Positions 1 to 10,537 of a DNA stretch of 64,000 nucleotides are shown one piece after another (position 1 is the stretch's first letter; every line of letters begins with the position of its first letter). This stretch comes from an uncultured Candidatus Sumerlaeota bacterium (GTDB taxonomy: Bacteria; Sumerlaeota; Sumerlaeia; SLMS01): positions 22,815 through 86,814 of the forward strand of contig CAYTGM010000013.1 of assembly GCA_964437365.1 (NCBI GenBank), in the 5' to 3' direction. The notes below the pieces were generated by a model that was given only the letters and a program-made list of their open reading frames with translations, did not search any database and was not told where the DNA came from. A program made the position numbers and the translations under genes.

Positions 1-664
1 CCTGTGCATAGCTTTCGTAGAGTGCAGCAACAGCCGTATTACCACCAAGTTCTCCCAGAGCTTTGATCGCCTCTCTTTTAACATCCGAATTAGATACGAG
101 CAGGAGCTTGTCTATATAATATGCGGCAACCTGGTCTCCGCGTTCTGCCAGAGAATCAATACAACCAGCGACAATTCTTGGATCGCTTGCAGTCAGTCCC
201 TGGATCAGAGCCTCTGTTGCAGAATTGCCATCTATTGCAGTCAAGGCACGGCGCGCCGCTTCCGAAGTCTGTGGAACGAAAAGTGCATTTTGCAGTAGCG
301 GAACTTCGTTCTCGCTCGCGAGTCTCTCCAGAATTTCGCCTGCAAAACCAATTGCTTCAAGGTTGTTTGAGTTCTGGAGATAATCCATCGATTCCTGGAT
401 CATTTGTGTTTTCAGTTCTTCAGTAACTGGCGCCTCGCGCAGTTGAGTTTTGTAAACCTTAAGCTTTTCCAGTATAGTGATTTCTTCTGGATTTGTTGAT
501 TCCAGGCTTGCAAGCGGGGTTTCGACACTCGTCTCTTCGTAGGCAATCTGAGCATAGTCAGGTATAGACGTCGGTTTGCTGACTTTTGATCCTTCGTTTA
601 CAGTTGAGCAGGAAGAAAGGCCAGCGATAGCCCCAGCCAGAATGATTGTACTAAACTTATTCAT
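1..664 (-). CDS. HEAT-repeat-like lipoprotein (partial, runs off the left edge; absent from the ORF track)
   Basis: Manual translation from ATG at 664: MNKFSTIILAGAIAGLSSC (lipobox), then helical repeats such as AARRALTAIDG..EALIQGL..DPRIVAGCIDSLAERG..VKREAIKALGELGG. SD-like GAGGA upstream. Confidence 0.7.
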   Translation of the reverse strand, partial: MNKFSTIILAGAIAGLSSCSTVNEGSKVSKPTSIPDYAQIAYEETSVETPLASLESTNPEEITILEKLKVYKTQLREAPVTEELKTQMIQESMDYLQNSNNLEAIGFAGEILERLASENEVPLLQNALFVPQTSEAARRALTAIDGNSATEALIQGLTASDPRIVAGCIDSLAERGDQVAAYYIDKLLLVSNSDVKREAIKALGELGGNTAVAALYESYAQ

Positions 665-679
665 TGATATATTCCTCAT

Positions 680-1945
680 TTAAAGAAGGTTCCATGGTGC
701 GCGCTGAGTGGTTGATAACATTCGGTTAGCTTCAGGGTCATTGATGAACTCCTCTTTCGCAGGATCCCACTGCAGAGGACGCCCAAGGCGCATTGATATA
801 TTACCAATGTGACAAACGGTAGCAGAGCGATGTCCCTTTTCTGCTGTCACGATAGGCTGCTGACCGCTACGCATACACGCAAAAAAGTTTTCAAGATGCC
901 CCGGGCTTTCTTCCAGATGGATCTCGTTTGGTCCAATACGCGTGTTAATGAGGTTTCCAGGAAAACTTTCGAACCTCTCACGGCTGACAAAAATCCAGCC
1001 ATCGGTGCCCTCAAACCTGATACCATTCTCAATACTTTCCGTTGCGACCATTTCTATTCCATTATCGTACTTGAATGAGACGTTGAAGGACATTGGTACA
1101 TCGAATATACCCGTTTTGTGAAAAACACCTTTTCCATCAACATACACAGGCCCGGAATCATCTTTATCCAGTGCCCATTGAACAATATCAAAGTGATGAG
1201 CACCCCAGTCAGAAAAGTAGCCCCCTGAGTAGTCGAAAATCCCTCGAAAATGAACAACACGCTCCCATGAATAGACCTTCTGAGGTGCAGGTCCTAACCA
1301 GCGATTGTAATCCAGATAGTCTGGAATGGGCTGAGGACTCTCAATAGCAGGCTGGTCATTATATGGCTTCTCAAGTCCGACTTCTATTCTTTTGACTTCA
1401 CCGATATATCCGTTACGAACAAGTTCAGCTGCCAGTCTGAAGTTTCTACTCGACCGCTGCTGAGAACCAACTTGAAGCACATTACCCAACATCTTCTGAA
1501 CATTGCTCAAGGCTCGACCTTCTCCGACGGTCACAGATACCGGCTTTTGAAGATAGACAGCCTTCCCTGCTTTCATCGCTGCAATGGCCAATGGTGTGTG
1601 CCAGTGATCGGGAGTGGCGATATAGATGGCATCAATGTCTTTTCTGGGAAGCAGCTCAAGGAAGTCTCGTGTAGTTGATTCCCATGGAAGGTTGAGAATC
1701 TCACAGGCCTCTTGCCGCCTTTGATCATTTACATCACAAACAGAAACAACTTCACATTCTGAACTCAGAGCTTTGAGAGCTCCAAGGTGATACTTTCCCA
1801 TGTTTCCCGCACCAACCATGGCGATGGTGATCTTGTTCGATGGAGCATCCTTACCCAGAAGGCGCGAAGGAATAATCATAGGAGCTGCAACAAGAGCAGA
1901 GGCTCCTTTCAGGAAACTTCGTCTGTTAATACTTTTCTTATTCAT
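680..1945 (-). CDS. Gfo/Idh/MocA-family oxidoreductase with Tat signal
   Basis: NRRSFLK twin-arginine motif, VGAGNMG Rossmann motif, IATPDHWH, YLQKP, DWGAHHFD. Confidence 0.9.
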   Translation of the reverse strand: MNKKSINRRSFLKGASALVAAPMIIPSRLLGKDAPSNKITIAMVGAGNMGKYHLGALKALSSECEVVSVCDVNDQRRQEACEILNLPWESTTRDFLELLPRKDIDAIYIATPDHWHTPLAIAAMKAGKAVYLQKPVSVTVGEGRALSNVQKMLGNVLQVGSQQRSSRNFRLAAELVRNGYIGEVKRIEVGLEKPYNDQPAIESPQPIPDYLDYNRWLGPAPQKVYSWERVVHFRGIFDYSGGYFSDWGAHHFDIVQWALDKDDSGPVYVDGKGVFHKTGIFDVPMSFNVSFKYDNGIEMVATESIENGIRFEGTDGWIFVSRERFESFPGNLINTRIGPNEIHLEESPGHLENFFACMRSGQQPIVTAEKGHRSATVCHIGNISMRLGRPLQWDPAKEEFINDPEANRMLSTTQRAPWNLL

Positions 1946-1975
1946 GATTCATAGACTTCCTATCTGAATTTTGAT

Positions 1976-4009
1976 TTAAGGTTTTCTGAAGGCTATTGTT
2001 GAAAGTCGTTCATTGTATTCAGGGTCAACAAACCGCATCCAGGCCGCGGAGTTTCTTTCAAGACCCTGCCCGACATACTCATGGTGATATACAATTGTCA
2101 ATGTGCTTTCACCTGAAGGAAATTCCCCATTGAATCCTTCTACTTTTTCTCCATTGATGAAGATCCCTCTAATATCATCCTCAAAGCAAAGTAGTTTAAA
2201 TGGAGTCTTTTCATGCGCTGTCACGATTGACTGGAGGACAAAGACGTTCGTGAAAATATCATACCAGTTGCAGTTCGTAAAAACAATTTCTGGATCAAGA
2301 AAGACAGGATCGAATTTACAGTCACTTTCCGGATCTCTTGGCTGTACGGTCGCATCCCCAGTAGGAATTCCTCCATCGAAAGGGCCAATAGATCCACTCA
2401 TCCATCCTGCGAAAGCCTCATGGTTAAAACTTGGTCCATCCATAGGTCCATAGACCTCAAACTTTCCTCCAGGCAATGAATCGTCACTTTGCATCCCTCT
2501 ATAGACCGTTGAATAGATCCGCCCTCCTGTATCAGCATGTTGAAAATCAAGCTGAGCTACCGCATAACCCATTCCGTACTGATACTTTGGGTCTGCTGTA
2601 GTGATCGAAGGAACAAACTTTACAGTCTGTACATCTCCTGGACCTATATCAGGAATATCATATACCTTCACACCTTCTGTCCATGGAATAGGGAGTCTGA
2701 AAGTTAACGTCACATTGGTTAGAGTGTTGTCAGAGGTGTTCTCCAGTGTATAGTTTAAAGTATTACTATCCCAGTATACGAGCCCTTTGACACCCGGGAA
2801 ATCAGTTGAATCAGAGACATCGTTTAAATCGTCAGAGTTATCTGGGTTATGAGAAGAGTCGATCAGATCTGGAAGAAATTGTTCTTTATTGTGTGGAAGG
2901 TTATAGACAAGAATATTATCCAGCGAACGATCGCTTTTAGGGACCGCAGAATCTTGTACCTGAACCTGTGCATTTTCTGGTATTGCTCCCAATCCTTCAC
3001 CTTCTATTAGCAAAGTGAGAGGGGTTGGATCATTTAGCCAGGTCAAAGCAGGTCTTTCCAGAAGAAGAGAAACTGTATCACCAGCGACCGTCTGGTCGAG
3101 AACTCTGCTGTGTTCATACTGATAACGATAGGCAGCATACTGGTTCTGATTGCATTGCCAGAAATTCCCAAACTGGTTAAGATAATCTAACCTCTTCACT
3201 AGCTCATCGAAACCGAATTCCAAAGCTGGAGTTCCATACCATGCGTGCATAGAATGCGAAATAAGTGGTCGTTCTTCTCTTAAAACTTCTGAGCTAACCG
3301 CCCAATCAACAGCCTTTTTGAATTCTTCAAATGATTGATTCTCGGGGGGCATAATCACCGATTCAATGAAATCGGAAGGCAACTCTTCCTCAAAGTTGTT
3401 AAATACCGGCGCATGATAGAGTCCTGCCCTCTCCAGTGAACGAAGAATATCCCGGTGAATAACATCCCCCTCGACCTGATTGCGGTAGTTGATAAACGAG
3501 AAGGCGTGAGAATTTATGAGAGAATCGGTTGCAGACTCCCATTCGACTCTTCCGCCAACAAGCTCTTCCAGCATTCGATCACGGCTTATATACGTAAGAT
3601 ACGGATGGGTCAGTCCATGACTGCCAATTGAGTGCCCGCCCTCAAGTAGAGTCATTGCTGTTTCAGTGTAATCGTAATTCTCATCTGTTAGATAGAAGAT
3701 ATCATTGGAGTTGAGATAAAAGGTTGCCTTGATACCCCTTTCATCCAATCGTTGCTTAGCTTCAAGGTTCTGAGCGATATTGTCATCCCAACGACAAGAG
3801 ACAGCTCTCTCATAATTATCAAACAAAGGAGCCAGCTTGATTGTCGCCAATGACGCAGTATCTTCATCCGGAAACTGAATAACAATTTCCTGTAAATAGG
3901 TTGGATGGGGGAAGTCGAACGAAACGTATTCAACTTCATCAGAGATCATCCCATGAAGACTTCCATGCGAAAGGAGAAAGGCTCCTAACAGGTAGTATGC
4001 TTTTTTCAT
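1976..4009 (-). CDS. Secreted polysaccharide deacetylase (NodB-like) domain protein
   Basis: N-terminal signal peptide; VSCRWDD (motif 1-like), KATFYLN and HSIGSHGLTHP (metal-binding His motif); C-terminal beta-rich domains. Confidence 0.65.
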   Translation of the reverse strand: MKKAYYLLGAFLLSHGSLHGMISDEVEYVSFDFPHPTYLQEIVIQFPDEDTASLATIKLAPLFDNYERAVSCRWDDNIAQNLEAKQRLDERGIKATFYLNSNDIFYLTDENYDYTETAMTLLEGGHSIGSHGLTHPYLTYISRDRMLEELVGGRVEWESATDSLINSHAFSFINYRNQVEGDVIHRDILRSLERAGLYHAPVFNNFEEELPSDFIESVIMPPENQSFEEFKKAVDWAVSSEVLREERPLISHSMHAWYGTPALEFGFDELVKRLDYLNQFGNFWQCNQNQYAAYRYQYEHSRVLDQTVAGDTVSLLLERPALTWLNDPTPLTLLIEGEGLGAIPENAQVQVQDSAVPKSDRSLDNILVYNLPHNKEQFLPDLIDSSHNPDNSDDLNDVSDSTDFPGVKGLVYWDSNTLNYTLENTSDNTLTNVTLTFRLPIPWTEGVKVYDIPDIGPGDVQTVKFVPSITTADPKYQYGMGYAVAQLDFQHADTGGRIYSTVYRGMQSDDSLPGGKFEVYGPMDGPSFNHEAFAGWMSGSIGPFDGGIPTGDATVQPRDPESDCKFDPVFLDPEIVFTNCNWYDIFTNVFVLQSIVTAHEKTPFKLLCFEDDIRGIFINGEKVEGFNGEFPSGESTLTIVYHHEYVGQGLERNSAAWMRFVDPEYNERLSTIAFRKP

Positions 4010-4043
4010 TTCTATCTACTTCTTTCTATTAACATATTATATA

Positions 4044-5087
4044 TTAACGCTTCTCCGGAATAAATTCCTCACCGAACATCGTGTTCCTCTTAAAGACCTC
4101 CAGCTCTCTTTTTTCGGTTAGCAAACGATAGTGATCATGGCGTCTAAATGCATTCCCCCAAATAGTGGTACTTCTATATTGCCTATTAAATGGAAGATCG
4201 AAAAGTGCTGAATAGATGCCTTCTTCTTCACCTGCTTCGTAGTTTGCCTGACCAGCAGCATTAAATGCAACTGACCTGCCTTTCAGAACGGAATAATTTG
4301 TCATCACGCACATCATTGCGTTCTCATGAGCTCTTACCTGAAACTGATGAATTCTTAAATCATCGAGCAAGCAGGCATTCGGTACGATCATCAGCTCTGC
4401 TCCTTGAAGCATAAGGCTTCGCGCGGCCTCGGGGAACTCTCGATCAAAACAGATAATCGAGCCAGTCTTGACAATACCCTTAGCTGTATCGAGGGTAACG
4501 ACTGGAAAGTCTTCACCAGGAGTTGTAGCTGCTTCGAATGCAAAGTCGCATGTGTGAACTTTGGCATAGGTAAGGGCCTCTTTTCCTTTTCTATCGAAAA
4601 GAGTCAGGGAGTTTCTTGGAGCTCCATCCCATTTCTCAAGATAAGTCATTGCTATAGCCATGTCCAGTTCCTGTGCAAGGTTCGCAAACCTCTTCATCGG
4701 AGCACTATCTCTTGCTATAGCCTGAGCCTGCCATTCTCTGACACTCTTTTCATCATTTTCCTGAAAAGCTGTATATCCAATGTTATACATCTCAGGGAGG
4801 AGTGCAATGTCTGCTCCACGTTCCCTGGCCCAGCGACAGTACTGCTCTGCCTTATTAAAGTTAGACTCCTGGTTGTTCTGATCGGCATTAATCTGAAGCA
4901 TCGCAACATGGAGATGGTCAGGGCTCGTCTTTGCCAGCTCCTGTTTCTTCGCATTCTCTTTATTGACGGATTCATCCGCGTTTGCGGGGCGACTTGTCTG
5001 TCCCTTGGCGACAGCTCCCATGGCCATCACTCCTCCTGCACTGATCGCTGTTGCCTTTAAGAAATGCCTTCTACTTTGATCTTCCAT
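4044..5087 (-). CDS. Carbon-nitrogen hydrolase (nitrilase superfamily) with Tat signal
   Basis: SRRHFLK Tat motif; catalytic triad in LLPEM, YAKVH and ICFDREFPE. Confidence 0.9.
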   Translation of the reverse strand: MEDQSRRHFLKATAISAGGVMAMGAVAKGQTSRPANADESVNKENAKKQELAKTSPDHLHVAMLQINADQNNQESNFNKAEQYCRWARERGADIALLPEMYNIGYTAFQENDEKSVREWQAQAIARDSAPMKRFANLAQELDMAIAMTYLEKWDGAPRNSLTLFDRKGKEALTYAKVHTCDFAFEAATTPGEDFPVVTLDTAKGIVKTGSIICFDREFPEAARSLMLQGAELMIVPNACLLDDLRIHQFQVRAHENAMMCVMTNYSVLKGRSVAFNAAGQANYEAGEEEGIYSALFDLPFNRQYRSTTIWGNAFRRHDHYRLLTEKRELEVFKRNTMFGEEFIPEKR

Positions 5088-5126
5088 TTTCTGTTCCTTT
5101 ATACACTATTCTATAGATCGAGGTCT

Positions 5127-6173
5127 TTACGTCGTACTTCTTGCCTGCAAGAGGGCATAATCAACAAGTTCATGGACGGGGCCTGTTACTTTGCCTCCAA
5201 TAAGGTCAGTGGTTATTTGGCCAACGAGCTTACCAATGTCATCAATAGGCTCAGAGCATGTGCTCAACCCCATGATTCCTGATTCACCGACGTCACCCAA
5301 ACCCATGACGGCAATATCTTCCGGGATTTTATACCCAAGCTCATCACGCAGGATTGATATACATGTGCACGCCAGAGCATCAGTTGATGCGAGTATCGCA
5401 TCTGGGTGGTCTCCCCCACTCATAAAGGCATCCCTCAACTTAGACCCATAACCGACAACTTTGGCTTCACCTGGTACTTCTTCAAGTACATATCTCTTAT
5501 CCAGATAAATCCACGAGGACTTAACAGTCAGTCCGTGATGGCGCAGGCAGTAGCGAAATGATCGATAGCGCTGGTGTTCTTCTTCTGTCCCTCGGTCAAC
5601 ACCGAAGTAGCCAATCTTCTTTCTGCCTCTTTCCATCAGGTGTTCAACACTCAATCGAACAGCTTTTCGGGCATCCCACATAACATAACTGAACTCTTCG
5701 CACCCTTTCGGCTGATCGAGTAATATGAGAGGAATGCCACGATCATTTATCTGTCTATATATATCAACATTCTCTGGATGAGGTCGCGTAATGATGGCTG
5801 CCTTTTTCTCCTCGATGAATGTCTGAAGCTCTTTTCTTTCCCTTTGTGGGTCCCAGAAATGCACCGTAATGACTGTCGAAAGCCCTGCTTGATCAAAAGA
5901 CGATAGCATGCCTTTCAATAGTCGATTTGCCCACCCTCTCTCAAGATCTGAAACAATAATCCCCACCGTATTCGTTCTTTTTTGTCTGAGAGAGCTTGCA
6001 AGTGCATTTCTGACATAACCAAGTTCTTCTGCTTTCGCCAGGACAGCTTTTGTCGTTTTCTCTGAGAGATGCCTTTCCTTGGCTCTTCCATTCAGTATAT
6101 AAGAAACTGTGGGTATAGAGACGCCAGTCTCGCGAGCGATGTCGGCCATCGTAGTCGTATTTCTTTTCTTCAT
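5127..6173 (-). CDS. LacI-family transcriptional regulator
   Basis: TMADIARETGVSIPTVSYILNG helix-turn-helix, NALASSL hinge, sugar-binding-like core. Start moved to ATG 6173. Confidence 0.92.
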   Translation of the reverse strand: MKKRNTTTMADIARETGVSIPTVSYILNGRAKERHLSEKTTKAVLAKAEELGYVRNALASSLRQKRTNTVGIIVSDLERGWANRLLKGMLSSFDQAGLSTVITVHFWDPQRERKELQTFIEEKKAAIITRPHPENVDIYRQINDRGIPLILLDQPKGCEEFSYVMWDARKAVRLSVEHLMERGRKKIGYFGVDRGTEEEHQRYRSFRYCLRHHGLTVKSSWIYLDKRYVLEEVPGEAKVVGYGSKLRDAFMSGGDHPDAILASTDALACTCISILRDELGYKIPEDIAVMGLGDVGESGIMGLSTCSEPIDDIGKLVGQITTDLIGGKVTGPVHELVDYALLQARSTT

Positions 6174-6240
6174 GACGCCCTCTTGCATAATCGATTATTC
6201 ATACAGGTTGTCTTCTATCTTATGAACTAATAACTTCCAT

Positions 6241-7104
6241 TTATGGACTTCTTCCCGGATCTGATTTCTTTAAATCAAGGTGCTCGAACATCTTCCCAAA
6301 CGCTTCTGAAATTCCACGATCAAAGAGCAGGTATCCTCGCCTTGAAACAGTCTGGCCATTATCGATCCTCCCAAATCCGGGACGGCTGTGAATACAATGA
6401 TGCGAGTCAGCGTTGGCGGCTCCTGCATCTGCCCCTTGAAATCCGACGGCGACGGCCTTGTTTCCTTCATGGGACTCCATACCAAGTATAACAGGCACAT
6501 CAGGCTGAAGGGAACTTCTTCCCCAGAAGTATTCACCTTCATCAAGCGGTGGTTGCTCATACTCCCTTTGATCTGATACATAGAGGCAACGAACCGGAAT
6601 GCTTCGATCTATACGAGCGAGTGAACGAGGTTTTCCAGAAACAGCGATGAAAGTACGCTCTATTTCACCTTCCCCTGCAAATGGATCACCAAGAGCCTGA
6701 AGACACCCTCCGTCGCAAGAGACTCCATGCAATGCCTTACCGGATTGATTGGTGATGGAGAGGTCCATTTTCAGTCCTTCTTCTATGATGCTGATCTTTG
6801 CCTCAACTGTCACACCGGGAATGAACTTCTTTTCAGTCATTTCAGGATTAGCTGCTCTTAATTCTTTTTGCTCCCGAACATAATCATTATCGGAGGTCCA
6901 GCTGTAATTCCAGCTGCCATCTTCAGCCTGTTTCCAAGATGGTCGAATTTCCTGGCAATCCATGATCCAACCTTCTCGACAACCGATCGATTCTGGCCAT
7001 TGATACTTCCAGGAAAGATCCCAACCAGTGTGAAGAATATCAACGTACCGGGTCTTCGTTGGTTTTATCGACAGATTCTTCTGGTTTTCAACTATCGCTT
7101 CCAT
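6241..7104 (-). CDS. Hypothetical protein, distant paralog of 12227..13090
   Basis: Long ORF; likely start ATG 7104 overlaps the upstream stop; C-terminal IHSRPGFGRIDNGQTV motif resembles 12227..13090. Confidence 0.7.
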   Translation of the reverse strand: MEAIVENQKNLSIKPTKTRYVDILHTGWDLSWKYQWPESIGCREGWIMDCQEIRPSWKQAEDGSWNYSWTSDNDYVREQKELRAANPEMTEKKFIPGVTVEAKISIIEEGLKMDLSITNQSGKALHGVSCDGGCLQALGDPFAGEGEIERTFIAVSGKPRSLARIDRSIPVRCLYVSDQREYEQPPLDEGEYFWGRSSLQPDVPVILGMESHEGNKAVAVGFQGADAGAANADSHHCIHSRPGFGRIDNGQTVSRRGYLLFDRGISEAFGKMFEHLDLKKSDPGRSP

Positions 7105-10100
7105 GACGGACTCCAAGGAGCTTAAAGACAATCGTAGCTGGAACGGTCGGGGCCTTATCGTAAGCTGTTCCTTCCACACCGAGAATACCCTCTACAAATG
7201 CCCAGTCTTCTTCCACCCGATATACGACCTTAGCATTACTTTGGAGTGCGAGTCCCTTTTCATAGACCGTATCTTCGATGGTAATGGGATCTCCCTCATC
7301 TAACTCGTCTAGAAAGAGTTCCTTCACGGTTTGTATATGAGAAAGGGGTTCAATTGAAGAAAGAGGAACTCGAGTTCCGTCTTTCATAACAACGTGAGCG
7401 TCAGCGAAATTCGCGAGGTCATTCCATGGACCATCACCTCCATCTTCTACGATGACCTGAAACTCTTCATAATCCTGTACGGAAACCTTTACAATTTGAG
7501 GCCGGGTAAAACTCGTCATTAAGCCCGTATCCACAAGCACATCATAGACGTGATAGTCGCGCTGTGCTTCTTCACCGGTACGTCTTCCGTCTTGAAAAGC
7601 CTGGACTCTAAGATTCGAATCATCACTTATCTTGATCGGGTGTCTGTATATTTCTGACTTTGGAGAAACCCGAGATCCATCAGTTGTATAGCGGATCTCA
7701 ACATTCTTCATCAAAGAAGAGATAATGACTTGTTTATCAGAGTTCAATTCTCCAGAAGCTGGGTAGATGTGAATTGAGTCATCCGGATCAACTGCTGAAG
7801 GCTCGAGGAGGTAGTGTCTTCCTTCTTTTGAAGTTTGGAAATCGATGGTTTCAGAAAGTGATGTGCTCAAAAGTATACGACGTTTCTGACCAACTTCATC
7901 GAGTTCCCAAAGAGTGACAGAGCCCGACCTGTCCCAACCAGTGAGTTCTGCAACATCGATTGAGTAGTAGCGACTTGGCTGAAGTACAAGTCCCCACTCA
8001 TTTCCCGGCGTCCAATGAAAAGCTTTGAAGGTCCCTTCGTAAGAAACGCCATGCAGCTCTTCCCGAATTGGAGAGCGGAATTCCCGATACCCTGAGCCGA
8101 CGATTTGCTTTTTCTCCATACCGTTTTCCAGAACGAGAAACTGTGTATAGTCGTTTGCTTCTGTAAAGTACCCAAGAGCTGCGAGCTCGACAGACTGACC
8201 ATTCTCCAGAGTCACTTCACGAGGATTGCGGTCGAAGTTTACTGTAATCACCGTATCATTTGAAAAATGGGAGCGTTGAACCATGCGATCTTCAGAAAGG
8301 AACTCGTGATTTGTCATCTTCTGACCAACGACATAGTAGTTGAAGTGTGCCGTGTCATGGTAAGACTGCATGAAACGTTCTCTATCATCTGGCCAGCGGT
8401 ACCCGCGGCGATCCCGCCATAGCATCGGGTTCCCTCCATACAACAGAACGAACAGATCTTTCGTATCACTGATTTCTGGTGCCGCTTCGTAGTGGAAGCC
8501 AGGCGTATCGCCCCAGTAGTATGTTGAGAAGGTACTGTCCTGATAGACAAGCTGCCAAATAGGAATACTGGTGGCTGGGTTCACCCCAAAGTGTAAATAT
8601 TCTTCTCGGTAATCATCGCTATTCGTCGGACGCTGAAGCATTCCTGAGTTCCAGGTCCCCTGCGTCTTCCAGTGAAACGGCCCACCTACGGAGCCTTCAA
8701 AGAAGTCAACGAGATCGACTCCCCAGTCATTACCATGTTCAGTCCCAAGAGGAAGATTCAAATCATTAGCAAGATAGGAAAAAGCGTCTCGACGATAGGC
8801 AAGGTCCTGACGTCTATCAAAGGTATGTTCGGGATGCCAGTCTTCATGTAGGCTGATTGCCATGGAGACATCAACGAATCGCGAGTTAAAACCCCACTGT
8901 TCTATTTGCTCAGGGACATAGGTTTTGAGAGCACGAAGAGCAAAAGCGGATGAACGGTCAGAATAGCGAAACCCGTCGGCTGTCACCCAGCCTCCCTTTG
9001 GTCCCAAGCCTGGCCGTGCGTGATAGGCAGTCTCATCAACATCGTCGGTCTGGAAGCCGGTTGGCCCATCGTAAATATCACTAAAGCTGTCGTAGGGGCC
9101 GGTCAGGTAACCTAAGGAGTTTGCCTCCTCAATAGGTTCGCTGTCTCTCACACCATGATGAGGATTACCGAAAAAGGCACGTGTCAGCCCTTCTGGCCTG
9201 ACTTCATATAGAAAGGCCATTAAATCTCGCGCCCCCCAGATGATTGCAGCTCCTCTCAGACGTTCCAGTAATGGCTTATCTGCCAAACGCTCATCGTAAG
9301 TGAGTGAAAGTCCGATTTCTTCTATATACTCCCGATACATTTTCGAGAGCGCCACATAGCCGCCTTGATGAACGAAGCGGTAAGACATCTCCCGCTGATA
9401 TCCAAACTTATCCATCGATGGAAGCCATCTAAGCTGAGGACGTATATGCTCATCCTCGTTCAGACGCATTGCGAAGTGACCATCGGTAGGAGTTTCGGCC
9501 AGGGTCATGACCCCATCACCATCCTCCATATCGAAAAGTCCGACCCACGGCATGTCAGCGCATTGTGTATTGCCATAAATAGTCAGCTCACGATCTGCAT
9601 AGTACAGATGATCGTCCTGTGCCAGCAATGTCCCACTTGAACGGTCAGCGAAGACAATCTGTCCCTCATCGAGGTCAGCATCAATACGTGGAGGCCAGGC
9701 TCGAAGGGCCCAGAAGTACTCCTGAGGATCTCCGGTGTTCAGCGAGAAGTGCAGAATACCTTCTCCCTTGAGTGTCGCCACACTTGTATAGACAGATCGG
9801 GTTGCCTGATCCCACAACTCGAAGGAGAGCGTTGACGAATCAGTCTTCTCCACGCCTGTGACATAAGCCTGCATGGAAGAGCCATCAAGAAACCATTCTC
9901 TACCCGACCTCTTATCCGTAATAGAGAACCGACTGCCTTCCGAGGCAAAACTTACGTCAAGTGTCTCATTGCTGATGGATATTTCTTCAGGCAACGAGCT
10001 AATCTTTTCCATGATGTCTTTGGAAAGTGGATCATGCACCACTTTAATCCAGTCAATTTCAAAAAGGCCCGGCTTCCAACCCAGGTCCATCCGGATGTAG

Positions 10101-10498
10101 GCAGGAGCATCGGTAATGGGGAGTCCAAAATCGTACTCGCGCCACTCCATGTCATGTATATAGTGGTACATCGAAGCTTTATCCTGGCTAAACTTCTCAC
10201 CAGACTGATCTTTCCAGAAGATCTCTGCGCGACCGAAAGCCCCTTCGCCGCTGCGGATCCTGGCAAGAACTCTGACCGGTCCTTTTGCAACAAGGGGAAA
10301 GTGCAAAGCGACATCGTTTCCGGTTGCCTCAGCTATAAGGATTCCATTTTGGACTGAAAGATCACAGTCTTCAACTTCGATGAAAGGCAATTCTTCTGAA
10401 TCAAAGTCCCAGTGGTAAAGAATCTCTTCCGCATTCGTGTACGTATATGTGCCACCAAGTATAGATGCAGCAAGAACTGCCCAAAAAGATGATTTCAT
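7088..10498 (-). CDS. Large secreted glycoside hydrolase, GH101/GH129-like, with Fn3-associated and NPCBM-like domains
   Basis: Signal peptide; core with FNSRFVDV, LGTEHG, PIWQLVYQD..YWGD and VQRSHFSND recognised by eye as GH101/129-related; IRYTTDGS (Fn3-associated) and EDGGDG..D.ANFADA (NPCBM) motifs. Confidence 0.6.
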   Translation of the reverse strand: MKSSFWAVLAASILGGTYTYTNAEEILYHWDFDSEELPFIEVEDCDLSVQNGILIAEATGNDVALHFPLVAKGPVRVLARIRSGEGAFGRAEIFWKDQSGEKFSQDKASMYHYIHDMEWREYDFGLPITDAPAYIRMDLGWKPGLFEIDWIKVVHDPLSKDIMEKISSLPEEISISNETLDVSFASEGSRFSITDKRSGREWFLDGSSMQAYVTGVEKTDSSTLSFELWDQATRSVYTSVATLKGEGILHFSLNTGDPQEYFWALRAWPPRIDADLDEGQIVFADRSSGTLLAQDDHLYYADRELTIYGNTQCADMPWVGLFDMEDGDGVMTLAETPTDGHFAMRLNEDEHIRPQLRWLPSMDKFGYQREMSYRFVHQGGYVALSKMYREYIEEIGLSLTYDERLADKPLLERLRGAAIIWGARDLMAFLYEVRPEGLTRAFFGNPHHGVRDSEPIEEANSLGYLTGPYDSFSDIYDGPTGFQTDDVDETAYHARPGLGPKGGWVTADGFRYSDRSSAFALRALKTYVPEQIEQWGFNSRFVDVSMAISLHEDWHPEHTFDRRQDLAYRRDAFSYLANDLNLPLGTEHGNDWGVDLVDFFEGSVGGPFHWKTQGTWNSGMLQRPTNSDDYREEYLHFGVNPATSIPIWQLVYQDSTFSTYYWGDTPGFHYEAAPEISDTKDLFVLLYGGNPMLWRDRRGYRWPDDRERFMQSYHDTAHFNYYVVGQKMTNHEFLSEDRMVQRSHFSNDTVITVNFDRNPREVTLENGQSVELAALGYFTEANDYTQFLVLENGMEKKQIVGSGYREFRSPIREELHGVSYEGTFKAFHWTPGNEWGLVLQPSRYYSIDVAELTGWDRSGSVTLWELDEVGQKRRILLSTSLSETIDFQTSKEGRHYLLEPSAVDPDDSIHIYPASGELNSDKQVIISSLMKNVEIRYTTDGSRVSPKSEIYRHPIKISDDSNLRVQAFQDGRRTGEEAQRDYHVYDVLVDTGLMTSFTRPQIVKVSVQDYEEFQVIVEDGGDGPWNDLANFADAHVVMKDGTRVPLSSIEPLSHIQTVKELFLDELDEGDPITIEDTVYEKGLALQSNAKVVYRVEEDWAFVEGILGVEGTAYDKAPTVPATIVFKLLGVRHGSDS

Positions 10499-10537
10499 AT
10501 TTACCTCAATACAGTAATTATTTATAGAGTTGCTTAA

